From NCBI GenBank assembly GCA_964016885.1, contig OZ024743.1:25420001-25484000 (forward strand): DNA of 64,000 nucleotides, read 5' to 3'. The notes under the pieces were generated by a model, which saw only the letters and a list, made by a program, of their open reading frames with translations, did not search any database and was not told where the DNA came from. Shown here piece by piece: positions 36,201 through 48,800 of the stretch; the stretch's first letter is position 1; each line of letters starts with the position of its first letter. Source of the DNA: Eledone cirrhosa. Lineage: Eukaryota. Both the position numbers and the translations under genes were made by a program.

Positions 36201-38989
36201 GGCTCCTCTGTGTTCGGACCTGGTGTAGTTAAGAGATGGGGAGGGTGAGAGAGACGGAGCCTTGACAGTGGTAGTTCGGCTCCTCTGTGTTCGGACCTGG
36301 TGTACTTGAGAGATAGGGAAGGCGAGAGAGATGGTGGCTTGACAGTGGGAGTTCGGCTCCTCTGTGTTTGGACCTGGTGTAGTTAAGAGATGGTGAGGGT
36401 GAGAGAGATGGAGGCTTGACAGTGGGAGTTAGGCTCCTCTGTGTTGGTACCTGGTGTACTTGAGAGATAGGGAAGGCGAGGGAGATGGTGGCTTGACAGT
36501 GGGAGTTCGGCTCCTCTGTGTTTGGACCTGGTGTAGTTAAGAGATGGGGAGGGTGAGAGAGATGGAGGCTTGACAGTGGGAGTTCGGCTCCTCTGTGTTC
36601 GGACCTGGTGTAATTGAGAGATAGGGAAGGCGAGAGAGATGGTGGCTTGACAGTGGGAGTTCGGCTCCTCTGTGTTTGGACCTGGTGTAGTTAAGAGATG
36701 GTGAGGGTGAGAGAGATGGAGGCTTGACAGTGGGAGTTAGGCTCCTCTGTGTTGGGAGCTGGTGTACTTGAGAGATAGGGAAGGCGAGAGAGATGGTGGC
36801 TTGACAGTGGGAGTTCGGCTCCTCTGTGTTCTGACCTGTTGTACTTGAGAGATGGGGAGGGTGAGAAAGATTGGGGCTTGACAGTGGGAGTTCGGCTCCT
36901 CTGTGTTCGGACCTGGTGTACTTGAGAGATGGGAAGGGCGAGAGAGATGGTGGCTTGACAGTGGGAGTGCGGCTCCTCTGTGTTCGGACCTGGCGTAGTT
37001 AAGAGATGGGGAGGGTGAGAGAGATTGGGGCTTGACAGTGGGAGTTTGGCTCCTCTGTGTTTGGACCTGGTGTACTTGAGAGATGGGGAGGGTGAGAGAG
37101 ATTGGGGCTTGACAGTGGGTGTTTGGCTCCTCTGTGTTCGGACCTGGTGTACTTGAGAGATGGGGAGGTTGAGAGAGATTGGGGCTTGCCAGTGGGAGTT
37201 TGGCTCCTCTTTGTTCGGACCTAGTGTACTTGAGAGATGGGGAGGGTGAGAGAGATGGAGGCTTGACAGTGGGATTTCGGCTCCTCTGTGTTCGGGCCTG
37301 GTGTAGTTAATAGATGGGTAGGTGGGGGGTGAGAGAGATGGAGGCTTGACACTGGGAGTTAGGCTCCTCTGTGTTCGGACCTGGTGTAGTTAAGAGATGG
37401 GGAGGGTGAGCGAAATGGAGCCTTGACAGTGGGAGTTAGGCTCCTCTGTGTTCGGACTTGGTGTAGTTAAGAGATAGGGAGGGTGAGAGAGATGGAGGCT
37501 TGACAGTGGGTGTTCGGCTCCTCTGTGTTCGGACATGGTGTACTTGAGAGATGGGGAGGGTGAGAGATATGTAGGCTTCACAGTGGGAGTGCGGCTCCTC
37601 TGTGTTCGAACCTGGTGTACTTGAGAGATGGGGAGGGTAAGAGATATGTAGGCTTCACAGTGGGAGTGCGGCTCCTCTGTGTTCGGACCTGGTGTAGTTG
37701 AGAGATGGGGAGGGTGAGAGAGATGGAGGCTTGACAGTGGGAGTTCTGGTTCCTCTGTGTTCGGACCTGGTGTACTTGAGAGATGGGGAGGGTGAGAGAG
37801 ATGTAAGCTTGACAGTGGGAGTTCGGCTCCTCTGCGTTCGGACCTGGTGTAGTTAAGAGATGGGGAGGGTGTGAGAGATGGAGGTTTGACAGTGGGAGTT
37901 CGGCTCCTCTGTGTTCGGACCTGGTGTAGTTAAGAGATGGGGAGGGTGAGACAGATGGAGTCTTGACAGTGGGAGTTCGGCTCCTCTGCGTTCGGACCTG
38001 GTGTAGTTAAGAGATGGGGAGGGGGAGAGAGATGGAGGTTTGACAGTGGGAGTTCGGCTCCTCTGTGTTCGGACCTGGTGTAGTTAAGAGATGGGGAGGG
38101 TGAGACAGATGGAGTCTTGACAGTGGGAGTTCGGCTCCTCTGCGTTCGGACCTGGTGTAGTTAAGAGATGGGGAGGGGGAGAGAGATGGAGGTTTGACAG
38201 TGGGAGTTCGGCTCCTCTGTGTTCGGACCTGGTGTAGTTAAGAGATGGGGAGGGTGTGAGAGATGGAGGTTTGACAGTGGGAGTTCGGCTCCTCTGTGTT
38301 TGGACCTGGTGTAGTTAAGAGATGGGGAGGGTGAGAGAGATGGAGACTTGACAGTGGGAGTTCGGCTCCTCTGTGTTCAGACCTGGTGTAGTTAAGAGAT
38401 GGGGAGGGTGAGAGAGACGGAGCATTGGCAGTGGGAGTTCGGCTCCTCTGTGTTCGGACCTGGTGTACTTGAGAGATAGGAAAGGCGAGAGAGATGGTGG
38501 CTTGACAGTGGGAGTTCGGCTCCTCTGTGTTTGGACCTGGTGTAGTTAAGAGATGGTGAGGGTGAGAGAGATGGAGGCTTGACAGTGGGAGTTAGGCTCC
38601 TCTGTGTTCGGACCTGGTGTACTTGAGAGATGGGGAGGGTGAGAGAGATGGAGGCTTGACAGAGGGATTTCGGCTCCTCTGTGTTCGGACCCGGTGTAGT
38701 TAATAGATGGGTAGGGGGGGGGGAGATGGAGGCTTGACAGTGGGAGTTAGGCTCCTCTGTGTTCGGACTTGGTGTAGTTAAGAGATAGGGAGGGTGAGAG
38801 AGATGGAGGCTTGACAGTGGGTGTTCGGCTCCTCTGTGTTCGGACATCGTGTACTTGAGAGATGGGGAGGGTGAGAGAAATGGAGGCTTGACAGTGGGAG
38901 TTCGGCTCCTCTGAGTTCGGACCTGGTATACTTGAGAGATGGGGACTGTGAGAGAGATGGATGCTTGACAGTGGGAGTTCGGCTCCTCT

Positions 38990-41900
38990 GTGTTCGGACG
39001 TGGTGTAGTTAAGAGATAGGGAGTGTGAGAGAGATGGAGGCTTGACAGTGGGAGTTCGGCTCCTCTGTGTTCGGACCAGGTGTAGTTAAAAGATCGGGAA
39101 GGTGAGAGAGATGGAGGTTTGACAGTGGGAGTTCGGCTCCTCTGTGTTCGGACCTGGTGTAGTTAAGAGATGGGGAGGGTGAGAGAGATGGAAACTTGAC
39201 AGTGGGAGTTCGGCTCCTCTGTGTTCGGACCTGGTGTAGTTAAGAGATGGGGAGGGTGAGAGAGATGGAGACTTGACAGAGGGAATTCGGCTCCTCTGTG
39301 TTCGGACCTGCTGTAGTTAAGAGATGGGGAGGGTGAGAGAGATGGAGGTTTGACAGTGGGAGTTCGGCCCCTCTGTGTTCGGACCTGGTGTAGTTAAGAG
39401 ATGGGGAGGGTGAGAGAGATGGAGACTTGACAGTGGGAGTTCGGCTCCTCTGTGTTCGGACCTGGTGTAGTTAAGAGATGGGGAGGGTGAGAGAGATGGA
39501 GATTTGACAGTGGGAGTTCGGCTCCTCTGTGTTCGGACCTGGTGTAGTTAAGAGATGGGGAGGGTGAGAGAGACGGAGCCTTGACAGTGGTAGTTCGGCT
39601 CCTCTGTGTTTGGACCTGGTGTACTTGAGAGATAGGGAAGGCGAGAGAGATGGTGGCTTTAGTGGGAGTTCGGCTCTTCTGTGTTTGGACCTGGTGTAGT
39701 TAAGAGATGGTGAGGGTGAGAGAGATGGAGGCTTGACAGTGGGAGTTCGGCTCCTCTGTGTTCGGACCTGGTGTAGTTAAGAGATGGGGAGGGTGAGAGA
39801 GATGGAGACTTGACAGTGGGAGTTCGGCTCCTCTGTGTTCGGACCTGGTGTAGTTAAGAGATGGGGAGGGTGAGAGAGATGGAGACTTGACAGTGGGAAT
39901 TCGGCTCCTCTGTGTTCGGACCTGCTGTAGTTAAGAGATGGGGAGGGTGAGAGAGATGGAGGTTTGACAGTGGGAGTTCGGCTCCTCTGTGTTCGGACCT
40001 GGTGTAGTTTAGAGATGGGGAGGGTGAGAGAGATGGAGACTTGACAGTGGGAGTTCGGCTCCTCTGTGTTCGGACCTGGTGTAGTTAAGAGATGGGGAGG
40101 GTGAGAGAGACGGAGCCTTGACAGTGGTAGTTCGGCTCCTCTGTGTTTGGACCTGGTGTACTTGAGAGATAGGGAAGGCGAGAGAGATGGTGGCTTTAGT
40201 GGGAGTTCGGCTCCTCTGTGTTTGGACCTGGTGTAGTTAAGAGATGGTGAGGGTGAGAGAGATGGAGGCTTGACAGTGGGAGTTAGGCTCCTCTGTGTTG
40301 GGACCTGGTGTACTTGAGAGATAGGGAAGGCGAGGGAGATGGTGGCTTGACAGTGGGAGTTCGGCTCCTCTGTGTTTGGACCTGGTGTAGTTAAGAGATG
40401 GGGAGGATGAGAGAGATGGAGGCTTGACAGTGGGAGTTCGGCTCCTCTGTGTTCGGACCTGGTGTAATTGAGAGATAGGGAAGGCGAGAGAGATGGTGGC
40501 TTGACAGTGGGAGTTCGGCTCCTCTGTGTTTGGACCTGGTGTAGTTAAGAGATAATGAGGGTGAGAGAGATGGAGGCTTGACAGTGGGAGTTAGGCTCCT
40601 CTGTGTTGGGAGCTGGTGTACTTGAGAGATAGGGAAGGCGAGAGAGATGGTGGCTTGACAGTGGGAGTTCGGCTCTTCTATGTTCTGACCTGTTGTACTT
40701 GAGAGATGGGGAGGGTGAGAGAGATGGAGGCTTGACAGTGGGAGTGCGGCTCCTCTGTGTTCGGACCTGGTGTAGTTAAGAGATGGGGAGGGTGAGAAAG
40801 ATTGGGGCTTGACAGTGGGAGTTCGGCTCCTCTGTGTTCGGACCTGGTGTACTTGAGAGATGGGGAGGGTGAGAGAGATTGGGGCTTGACAGTGGGAGTT
40901 TGGCTCCTCTGTGTTCGGACCTGGTGTACTTGAGAGATGGGGAGGGTGAGAGAGATGGAGGCTTGACAGTGGGAGTTTGGCTCCTCTGTGTTCGGATCTG
41001 GTGTACTTGAGAGATGGGGAGGGTGAGAGAGATTGGGGCTTGACAGTGGGAGTTTGGCTCCTCTGTGTTCGGACCTGGTGTACTTGAGATATGGGGAGGG
41101 TGAGAGTGATGGAGGCTTGACAGTGGGATTTCGGCTCCTCTGTGTTCGGACCTGGTGTAGTTAATAGATGGGTAGGGGGGGGGTGAGAGAGATGGAGGCT
41201 TGACAGTGGGAGTACGGCTCCTCTGTGTTCGGACCTGGTGTAGTTAAGAGATGGGGAGGGTGAGCGAAATGGAGCCTTGACAGTGGGAGTTAGGCTCCTC
41301 TGTGTTCGGACTTGGTGTAGTTAAGAGATAGGGAGGGTGAGAGAGATGGAGGCTTGACAGTGGGTGTTCGGCTCCTCTGTGTTCGCACATGGTGTACTTG
41401 AGAGATGGGGAGGGTGAGAGATATGTAGGCTTCACAGTGGGAGTGCGGCCCCTCTGTGTTCGGACCTGGTGTAGTAAAAAGATGGGGAGTGTGAGAGAGA
41501 TGGAGGCTTGACAGTGGGAGTTCGGCTCCTCTGTGTTCGGACCTGGTGTAGTTAAGAGATGGGGAGGGTGAGAGAGATGGAGGCTTGACAGTGGGAGTTC
41601 GGCTCCTCTGTGTTCGGACGTGGGGTAGTTAAGAGATAGGGAGTGTGAGAGAGATGGAGGCTTGACAGTGGGAGTTCGGCTCCTCTATGTTCGGACCAGG
41701 TGTAGTTAAAAGATCGGGAAGGTGAGAGAGATGGAGGTTTGACAGTGGGAGTTCGGCTCCTCTGTGTTCGGACCTGGTGTAGTTAAGAGATGGGGAGGGT
41801 GAGAGAGATGGAGACTTGACAGTGGGAGGTCGGCTCCTCTGTCTTCGGACCTGGTGTAGTTAAGAGATGGGGAGGGTGAGAGAGATGGAGGTTTGACAGT

Positions 41901-43900
41901 GGGAGTTCGGCTCCTCTGTGTTCGGACCTGATGTAGTTAAGAGATGGGGAGGGTGAGAGAGATGGAGACTTGACATTGGGAGTTCGGCTCCTCTGTGTTC
42001 GGACCTGGTGTAGTTAAGAGATGGGGAGGGTGAGAGAGATGGAGATTTGACAGTGGGAGTTCGGCTCCTCTGTGTTCGGACCTGGTGTAGTTAAGAGATG
42101 GGGAGGGTGAGAGAGATGGAGACTTGACAGTGGGAGGTCGGCTCCTCTGTCTTCGGACCTGGTGTAGTTAAGAGATGGGGAGGGTGAGAGAGACGGAGCC
42201 TTGACAGTGGTAGTTCGGCTCCTCTGTGTTTGGACATGGTGTACTTGAGAGATAGGGAAGGCGAGAGAGATGGTGGCTTTAGTGGGAGTTCGGCTCTTCT
42301 GTGTTTGGACCTGGTGTAGTTAAGAGATGGTGAGGGTGAGAGAGATGGAGGCTTGACAGTGGGAGTTCGGCTCCTCTGTGTTCGGACCTGCTGTAGTTAA
42401 GAGATGGGGAGGGTGAGAGAGATGGAGGTTTGACAGTGGGAGTTCGGCTCCTCTGTGTTCGGACCTGGTGTAGTTAAGAGATGGGGAGGGTGAGAGAGAT
42501 GGAGACTTGACAGTGGGAGTTCGGCCCTCTGTGTTCGGACCTGGTGTAGTTAAGAGATGGGGAGGGTGAGAGAGATGGAGATTTGACAGTGGGAGTTCGG
42601 CTCGTCTGTGTTCGGACCTGGTGTAGTTAAGAGATGGGGAGGGTGAGAGAGATGTAGACTTGACAGTGGGAGTTCGGCTCCTCTGTGTTCGGACCTGGTG
42701 TAGTTAAGAGATGGGGAGGGTGAGAGAGACGGAGCCTTGACAGTGGTAGTTCGGCTCTTCTGTGTTTGGACCTGGTGTACTTGAGAGATAGGGAAGGCGA
42801 GAGAGATGGTGGCTTTAGTGGGAGTTCGGCTCCTCTGTGTTTGGACCTGGTGTAGTTAAGAGATGGTGAGGGTGAGAGAGATGGAGGCTTGACAGTGGGA
42901 GTTAGGCTCCTCTGTGTTGGGACGTGGTGTACTTGAGAGATAGGGAAGGCGAGGGAGAAGGTGGCTTGACAGTGGGAGTTCGGCTCCTCTGTGTTTGGAC
43001 CTGGTGTAGTTAAGAGATGGGGAGGATGAGAGAGATGGAGGCTTGACAGTGGGAGTTCGGCTCCTCTGTGTTCGGACCTGGTGTAATTGAGAGATAGGGA
43101 AGGCGAGAGAGATGGTGGCTTGACAGTGGGAGTTCGGCTCCTCTGTGTTTGGACCTGGTGTAGTTAAGAGATAATGAGGGTGAGAGAGATGGAGGCTTGA
43201 CAGTGGGAGTTAGGCTCCTCTGTGTTGGGAGCTGGTGTACTTGAGAGATAGGGAAGGCGAGAGAGATGGTGGCTTGACAGTGGGAGTTCGGCTCCTCTAT
43301 GTTCTGACCTGTTGTACTTGAGAGATGGGGAGGGTGAGAGAGATGGAGGCTTGACAGTGGGAGTGCGGCTCCTCTGTGTTCGGACCTGGTGTAGTTAAGA
43401 GATGGGGAGGGTGAGAAAGATTGGGGCTTGACAGTGGGAGTTCGGCTCCTCTGTGTTCGGACCTGGTGTACTTGAGAGATGGGAAGGGCGAGAGAGATGG
43501 TGGCTTGACAGTGGGAGTGCGGCTCCTCTGTGTTCGGACCTGGCGTAGTTAAGAGATGGGGAGGGTGAGAGAGATTGGGGCTTGACAGTGGGAGTTTGGC
43601 TCCTCTGTGTTTGGACCTGGTGTACTTGAGAGATGGGGAGGGTGAGAGATATTGGGGCTTGACAGTGGGAGTTTGGTTCCTCTGTGTTCGGACCTGGTGT
43701 ACTTGAGAGATGGGGAGGGTGAGAGAGATTGGGGCTTGACAGTGGGAGTTTGGCTCCTCTGTGTTCGGACCTGGTGTACTTGAGAGATGGGGAGGGTGAG
43801 AGAGATGGAGGCTTGACAGTGGGATTTCGGCTCCTCTGTGTTCGGACCTGGTGTAGTTAATAGATGGGTAGGGGGGGGGTGAGAGAGATGGAGGCTTGAC
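38990..43900. repeat. 34-monomer (about 2620 bp) tandem duplication with an internal 7-monomer repeat
   Basis: GGACGTGG is at 38996/41616. The 2-bp-shortened GGCTTTAGT is at 39655, 40192, 42275 and 42811. GATAATGAGG is at 40551/43170. Confidence 0.87.
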
Positions 43901-44599
43901 AGTGGGAGTGCGGCTCCTCTGTGTTCGGACCTGGTGTACTTGAGAGATGGGGAGGGTGAGAGAGATGGAGGCTTGACAGTGGGAGTTCGGCTCCTCTGTG
44001 TTCGGACCTGGCAGAATTAAGAGATGGAGAGGGTGAGAGAGATGGAGGCTTGACAGTGGAAATTCGGCTGCTCTGTGTTCGGACCTGGTGTAGTTGAGTG
44101 ATGGGGAGCGTGAGAGAGATGGAGGCATGAGAGTGGGAGTTCGGCTCCTCTGTGTTCGGACCTGGTGTAGTTAAGAGATGGGGAGGGTGAGAAGGATTGA
44201 GGCTTGACAGTGGGAGTTCGGCTCCTCTGTGTTCGGACCTGGTGTAGTTAAGAGATGGGGAGTGTGAGAGAGATGGAGGCTTGACAGTGGGAGTTCCGCT
44301 CCTCTGTGTTCGGACCAGGTGTAGTTAAAAGATCGGGAAGGTGAGAGAGATGGAGGTTTGACAGTGGGAGTTCTGGTTCCTCTGTGTTTGGACCTGGTGT
44401 AGTTAAGAGATGGGGAGGGTGAGAGAGATGGAGGTTTGACAGTGGGAGTTCGGCTCCTCTGTGTTCGGACCTGGTGTAGTTAAGAGATGGGGAGGGTGAG
44501 AGAGATGGAGGTTTGACAGTGGGAGTTCTGGTTCCTCTGTGTTTGGACCTGGTGTACTTGAGAGATGGGGAGGGTGAGAGAGGTGGAGGCTTGACAGTG

Positions 44600-47500
44600 G
44601 GAGTTCGGCTCCTCTAAGTTCGGACCTGGTGTACTTGAGAGATGGGGACTGTGAGAGAGATGGAGGCTTGACAGTGGGAGTTCGGCTCCTCTGTGTTCGG
44701 ACCTGGCAGAATTAAGAGATGGAGAGGGTGAGAGAGATGGAGGCTTGACAGTTGTAATTCGGCTGCTCTGTGTTCGGACCTGGTGTAGTTGAGTGATGGG
44801 GAGGGTGAGAGAGATAGAGGCATGAGAGTGGGAGTTCGGCTCCTCTGTGTTCGGACCTGGTGTAGTTAAGAGATGGGGAGGGTGAGAGAGATGGAGACTT
44901 GAAAGTGGGAGTTCGGCTCCTCTGTGTTCGGACCTGGTGTAGTTAAGAGATGGGGAGGGTGAGAGAGATGGAGGTTTGACAGTGGGAGTTCGGCTCCTCT
45001 GTGTTTGGACCTGGTGTAGTTAAGAGATGGGGAGGGTGAGAGAGATGGAGGTTTGACAGTGGGAGTTTGGCTCCTCTGTGTTCGGACCTGGTGTAGTTAA
45101 GAGATGGGGAGGGTGAGAGAGACGGAGCCTTGACAGTGGGAGTTCGGCTCCTGTGTGTTCGGAACTGGTGTACTTGAGAGATAGGGAAGGCGAGAGAGAT
45201 GGTGGCTTGACAGTGGGATTTCGGCTCCTCTGTGTTTAGACCTGGTGTAGTTAAGAGATGGTGAGGGTGAGAGAGATGGAGGCTTGACAGTGGGAGTTAG
45301 GCTCCTCTGTGTTGGGACCTGGTGTACTTGAGAGATAGGGAAGGCGAGAGAGATGGTGGCTTGACAGTGGGAGTTCGGCTCCTCTGTGTTCTGACCTGGT
45401 GTACTTGAGAGATGGGGAGAGTGAGAGAGGGAGGCTCGACAGTGGGAGTGCGGCTCCTCTGTGTTCGGACCTGGTGTAGTTAAGAGATGGGGAGGGTGAG
45501 AGAGATTGGGGCTTGACAGTGGGAGTTCGGCTCCTCTGTGTTCGGACCTGGTGTACTTGAGAGATGGGAAGGGCGAGAGAGATGGAGGCTTGACAGTGGG
45601 AGTGCGGCTCCTCTGTGTTCGGACCTGGCGTAGTTAAGAGATGGGGAGGGTGAGAGAGATTGGGGCTTGACAGTGGGAGTTTGGCTCCTCTGTGTTCAGA
45701 CCTGGTGTACTTGAGAGATGGGGAGGGTGAGAGAGATGGGGACTTGACAGTGGGAGTTCGGCACCTCTGTGTTCGGACCTGGTGTAGTTAAGAGATGGGG
45801 AGGGTGAGAGAGATGGAGGCTTGACAGTGGGAGATCGGCTCCTCTGAGTTCGGACCTGGTGTAATTAAGAGATGGGGAGGGTGAGAGAGATGGAGGCTTG
45901 ACAGTGGGAGTTCGGCACCTCTGTGTTCGGACCTGGTGTAGTTAAGAGATGGGGAGGGTGAGAGTGATGGAGGCTTGACAGTGGGAGATCGGCTCCTCTG
46001 AGTTCGGACCTGGTGTAATTAAGAGATGGGGAGGGTGAGAGAGATGGAGGCTTGACAGTGGAAATTCGGCTCCTCTGTGTTCGGACCAGGCAGAATTAAG
46101 AGATGGAGAGGGTGAGAGAGATGGAGGCTTGACAGTGGAAATTCGGCTGCTCTGTGTTCGGACCTGGTGTAGTTGAGTGATGGGGAGCGTGAGAGAGATA
46201 GAGGCATGAGAGTGGGAGTTCGGCTCCTCTGTGTTCGGACCTGGTGTAGTTAAGAGATGGGGAGGGTGAGAGAGATGGAGGTTTGACAGTGGGAGTTCGG
46301 CTCCTCTGTGTTCGGACCTGGTGTAGTTAAGAGATGGGGAGGGTGAGAGAGATGGAGGTTTGACAGTGGGAGTTCGGCTCCTCTGTGTTCGGACCTGGTG
46401 TAGTTAAGAGATGGGGAGGGTGAGAGAGACGGAGCCTTGACAGTGGGAGTTCGGCTCCTGTGTGTTCGGACCTGGTGTACTTGAGAGATAGGGAAGGCGA
46501 GAGAGATGGTGGCTTGACAGTGGGAGTTCGGCTCCTCTGTGTTTGGACCTGGTGTAGTTAAGAGATGGTGAGGGTGAGAGAGAAGGAGGCTTGACAGTGG
46601 GAGTTAGGCTCCTCTGTGTTGGGACCTGGTGTACTTGAGAGATGGGGACTGTGAGAGAGATGGAGGCTTGACAGTGGGAGTTCGGCTCCTCTGTGTTCGG
46701 ACCTGGCAGAATTAAGAGATGGAGAGGGTGAGAGAGATGGAGGCTTGACAGTTGTAATTCGGCTGCTCTGTGTTCGGACCTGGTGTAGTTGAGTGATGGG
46801 GAGCGTGAGAGAGATAGAGGCATGAGAGTGGGAGTTCGGCTCCTCTGTGTTCGGACCTGGTGTAGTTAAGAGATGGGGAGGGTGAGAGAGATGGAGACTT
46901 GACAGTGGGAGTTCGGCTCCTCTGTGTTCGGACCTGGTGTAGTTAAGAGATGGGGAGGGTGAGAGAGATGGAGGTTTGACAGTGGGAGTTCGGCTCCTCT
47001 GTGTTTGGACCTGGTGTAGTTAAGAGATGGGGAGGGTGAGAGAGATGGAGGTTTGACAGTGGGAGTTCGGCTCCTCTGTGTTCGGACCTGGTGTAGTTAA
47101 GAGATGGGGAGGGTGAGAGAGACGGAGCCTTGACAGTGGGAGTTCGGCTCCTGTGTGTTCGGAACTGGTGTACTTGAGAGATAGGGAAGGCGAGAGAGAT
47201 GGTGGCTTGACAGTGGGATTTCGGCTCCTCTGTGTTTGGACCTGGTGTAGTTAAGAGATGGTGAGGGTGAGAGAGATGGAGGCTTGACAGTGGGAGTTAG
47301 GCTCCTCTGTGTTGGGACCTGGTGTACTTGAGAGATAGGGAAGGCGAGAGAGATGGTGGCTTGACAGTGGGAGTTCGGCTCCTCTGTGTTCTGACCTGGT
47401 GTACTTGAGAGATGGGGAGGGTGAGAGAGGGAGGCTTGACAGTGGGAGTGCGGCTCCTCTGTGTTCGGACCTGGTGTAGTTAAGAGATGGGGAGGGTGAG

Positions 47501-48800
47501 AGAGATTGGGGCTTGACAGTGGGAGTTCGGCTCCTCTGTGTTCGGACCTGGTGTACTTGAGAGATGGGAAGAGCGAGAGAGATGGAGGCTTGACAGTGGG
47601 AGTGCGGCTCCTCTGTGTTCGGACCTGGCGTAGTTAAGAGATGGGGAGGGTGAGAGAGATTGGGGCTTGACAGTGGGAGTTTGGCTCCTCTGTGTTCAGA
47701 CCTGGTGTACTTGAGAGATGGGGAGGGTGAGAGAGATGGGGACTTGACAGTGGGAGTTCTGGTTCCTCTGTGTTCGGACATGGTGTACTTGAGAGATGGG
47801 GACTGTGAGAGAGATGGAGGCTTGACAGTGGGAGTTCGGCTCCTCTGTGTTCGGACCTGGTGTAGTTAAGAGATGGGTAGGTTGAGAGAGATGGAGGCTT
47901 GACAGTGGGAGTTCGGCTCCTCTGTGTTCGGACCTGGTGTAGTTAAGAGATGGGGAGGGTGAGAGAGATGGAGGCTTGACAGTGGGAGTTCGGCACCTCT
48001 GTGTTCGGACCTGGTGTAGTTAAGAGATGGGGAGGGTGAGAGAGATGGAGGCTTGACAGTGGGAGATCGGCTCCTCTGAGTTCGGACCTGGTGTAATTAA
48101 GAGATGGGGAGGGTGAGAGAGATGGAGGCTTGACAGTGGAAATTCGGCTCCTCTGTGTTCGGACCAGGCAGAATTAAGAGATGGAGAGGGTGAGAGAGAT
48201 GGAGGCTTGACAGTGGAAATTCGGCTGCTCTGTGTTCGGACCTGGTGTAGTTGAGTGATGGGGAGCGTGAGAGAGATAGAGGCATGAGAGTGGGAGTTCG
48301 GCTCCTCTGTGTTCGGACCTGGTGTAGTTAAGAGATGGGGAGGGTGAGAGAGATGGAGGTTTGACAGTGGGAGTTCGGCTCCTCTGTGTTCGGACCTGGT
48401 GTAGTTAAGAGATGGGGAGGGTGAGAGAGATGGAGGTTTGACAGTGGGAGTTCGGCTCCTCTGTGTACGGACCTGGTGTAGTTAAGAGATGGGGAGGGTG
48501 AGAGAGACGGAGCCTTGACAGTGGGAGTTCGGCTCCTGTGTGTTCGGACCTGGTGTACTTGAGAGATAGGGAAGGCGAGAGAGATGGTGGCTTGACAGTG
48601 GGAGTTCGGCTCCTCTGTGTTTGGACCTGGTGTAGTTAAGAGATGGTGAGGGTGAGAGAGATGGAGGCTTGACAGTGGGAGTTAGGCTCCTCTGTGTTGG
48701 GACCTGGTGTACTTGAGAGATAGGGAAGGCGAGAGAGATGGTGGCTTGACAGTGGGAGTTCGGCTCCTCTGTGTTCTGACCTGGTGTACTTGAGAGATGG
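44600..48800. repeat. 26-monomer (2000 bp) tandem duplication
   Basis: GTTGTAATTC at 44751/46751 and GGAACTGGTGTACTT at 45161/47161 are offset 2000 = 26x77-2. The offset later shifts to 2078 (ORF ends 46207/48285). Confidence 0.85.
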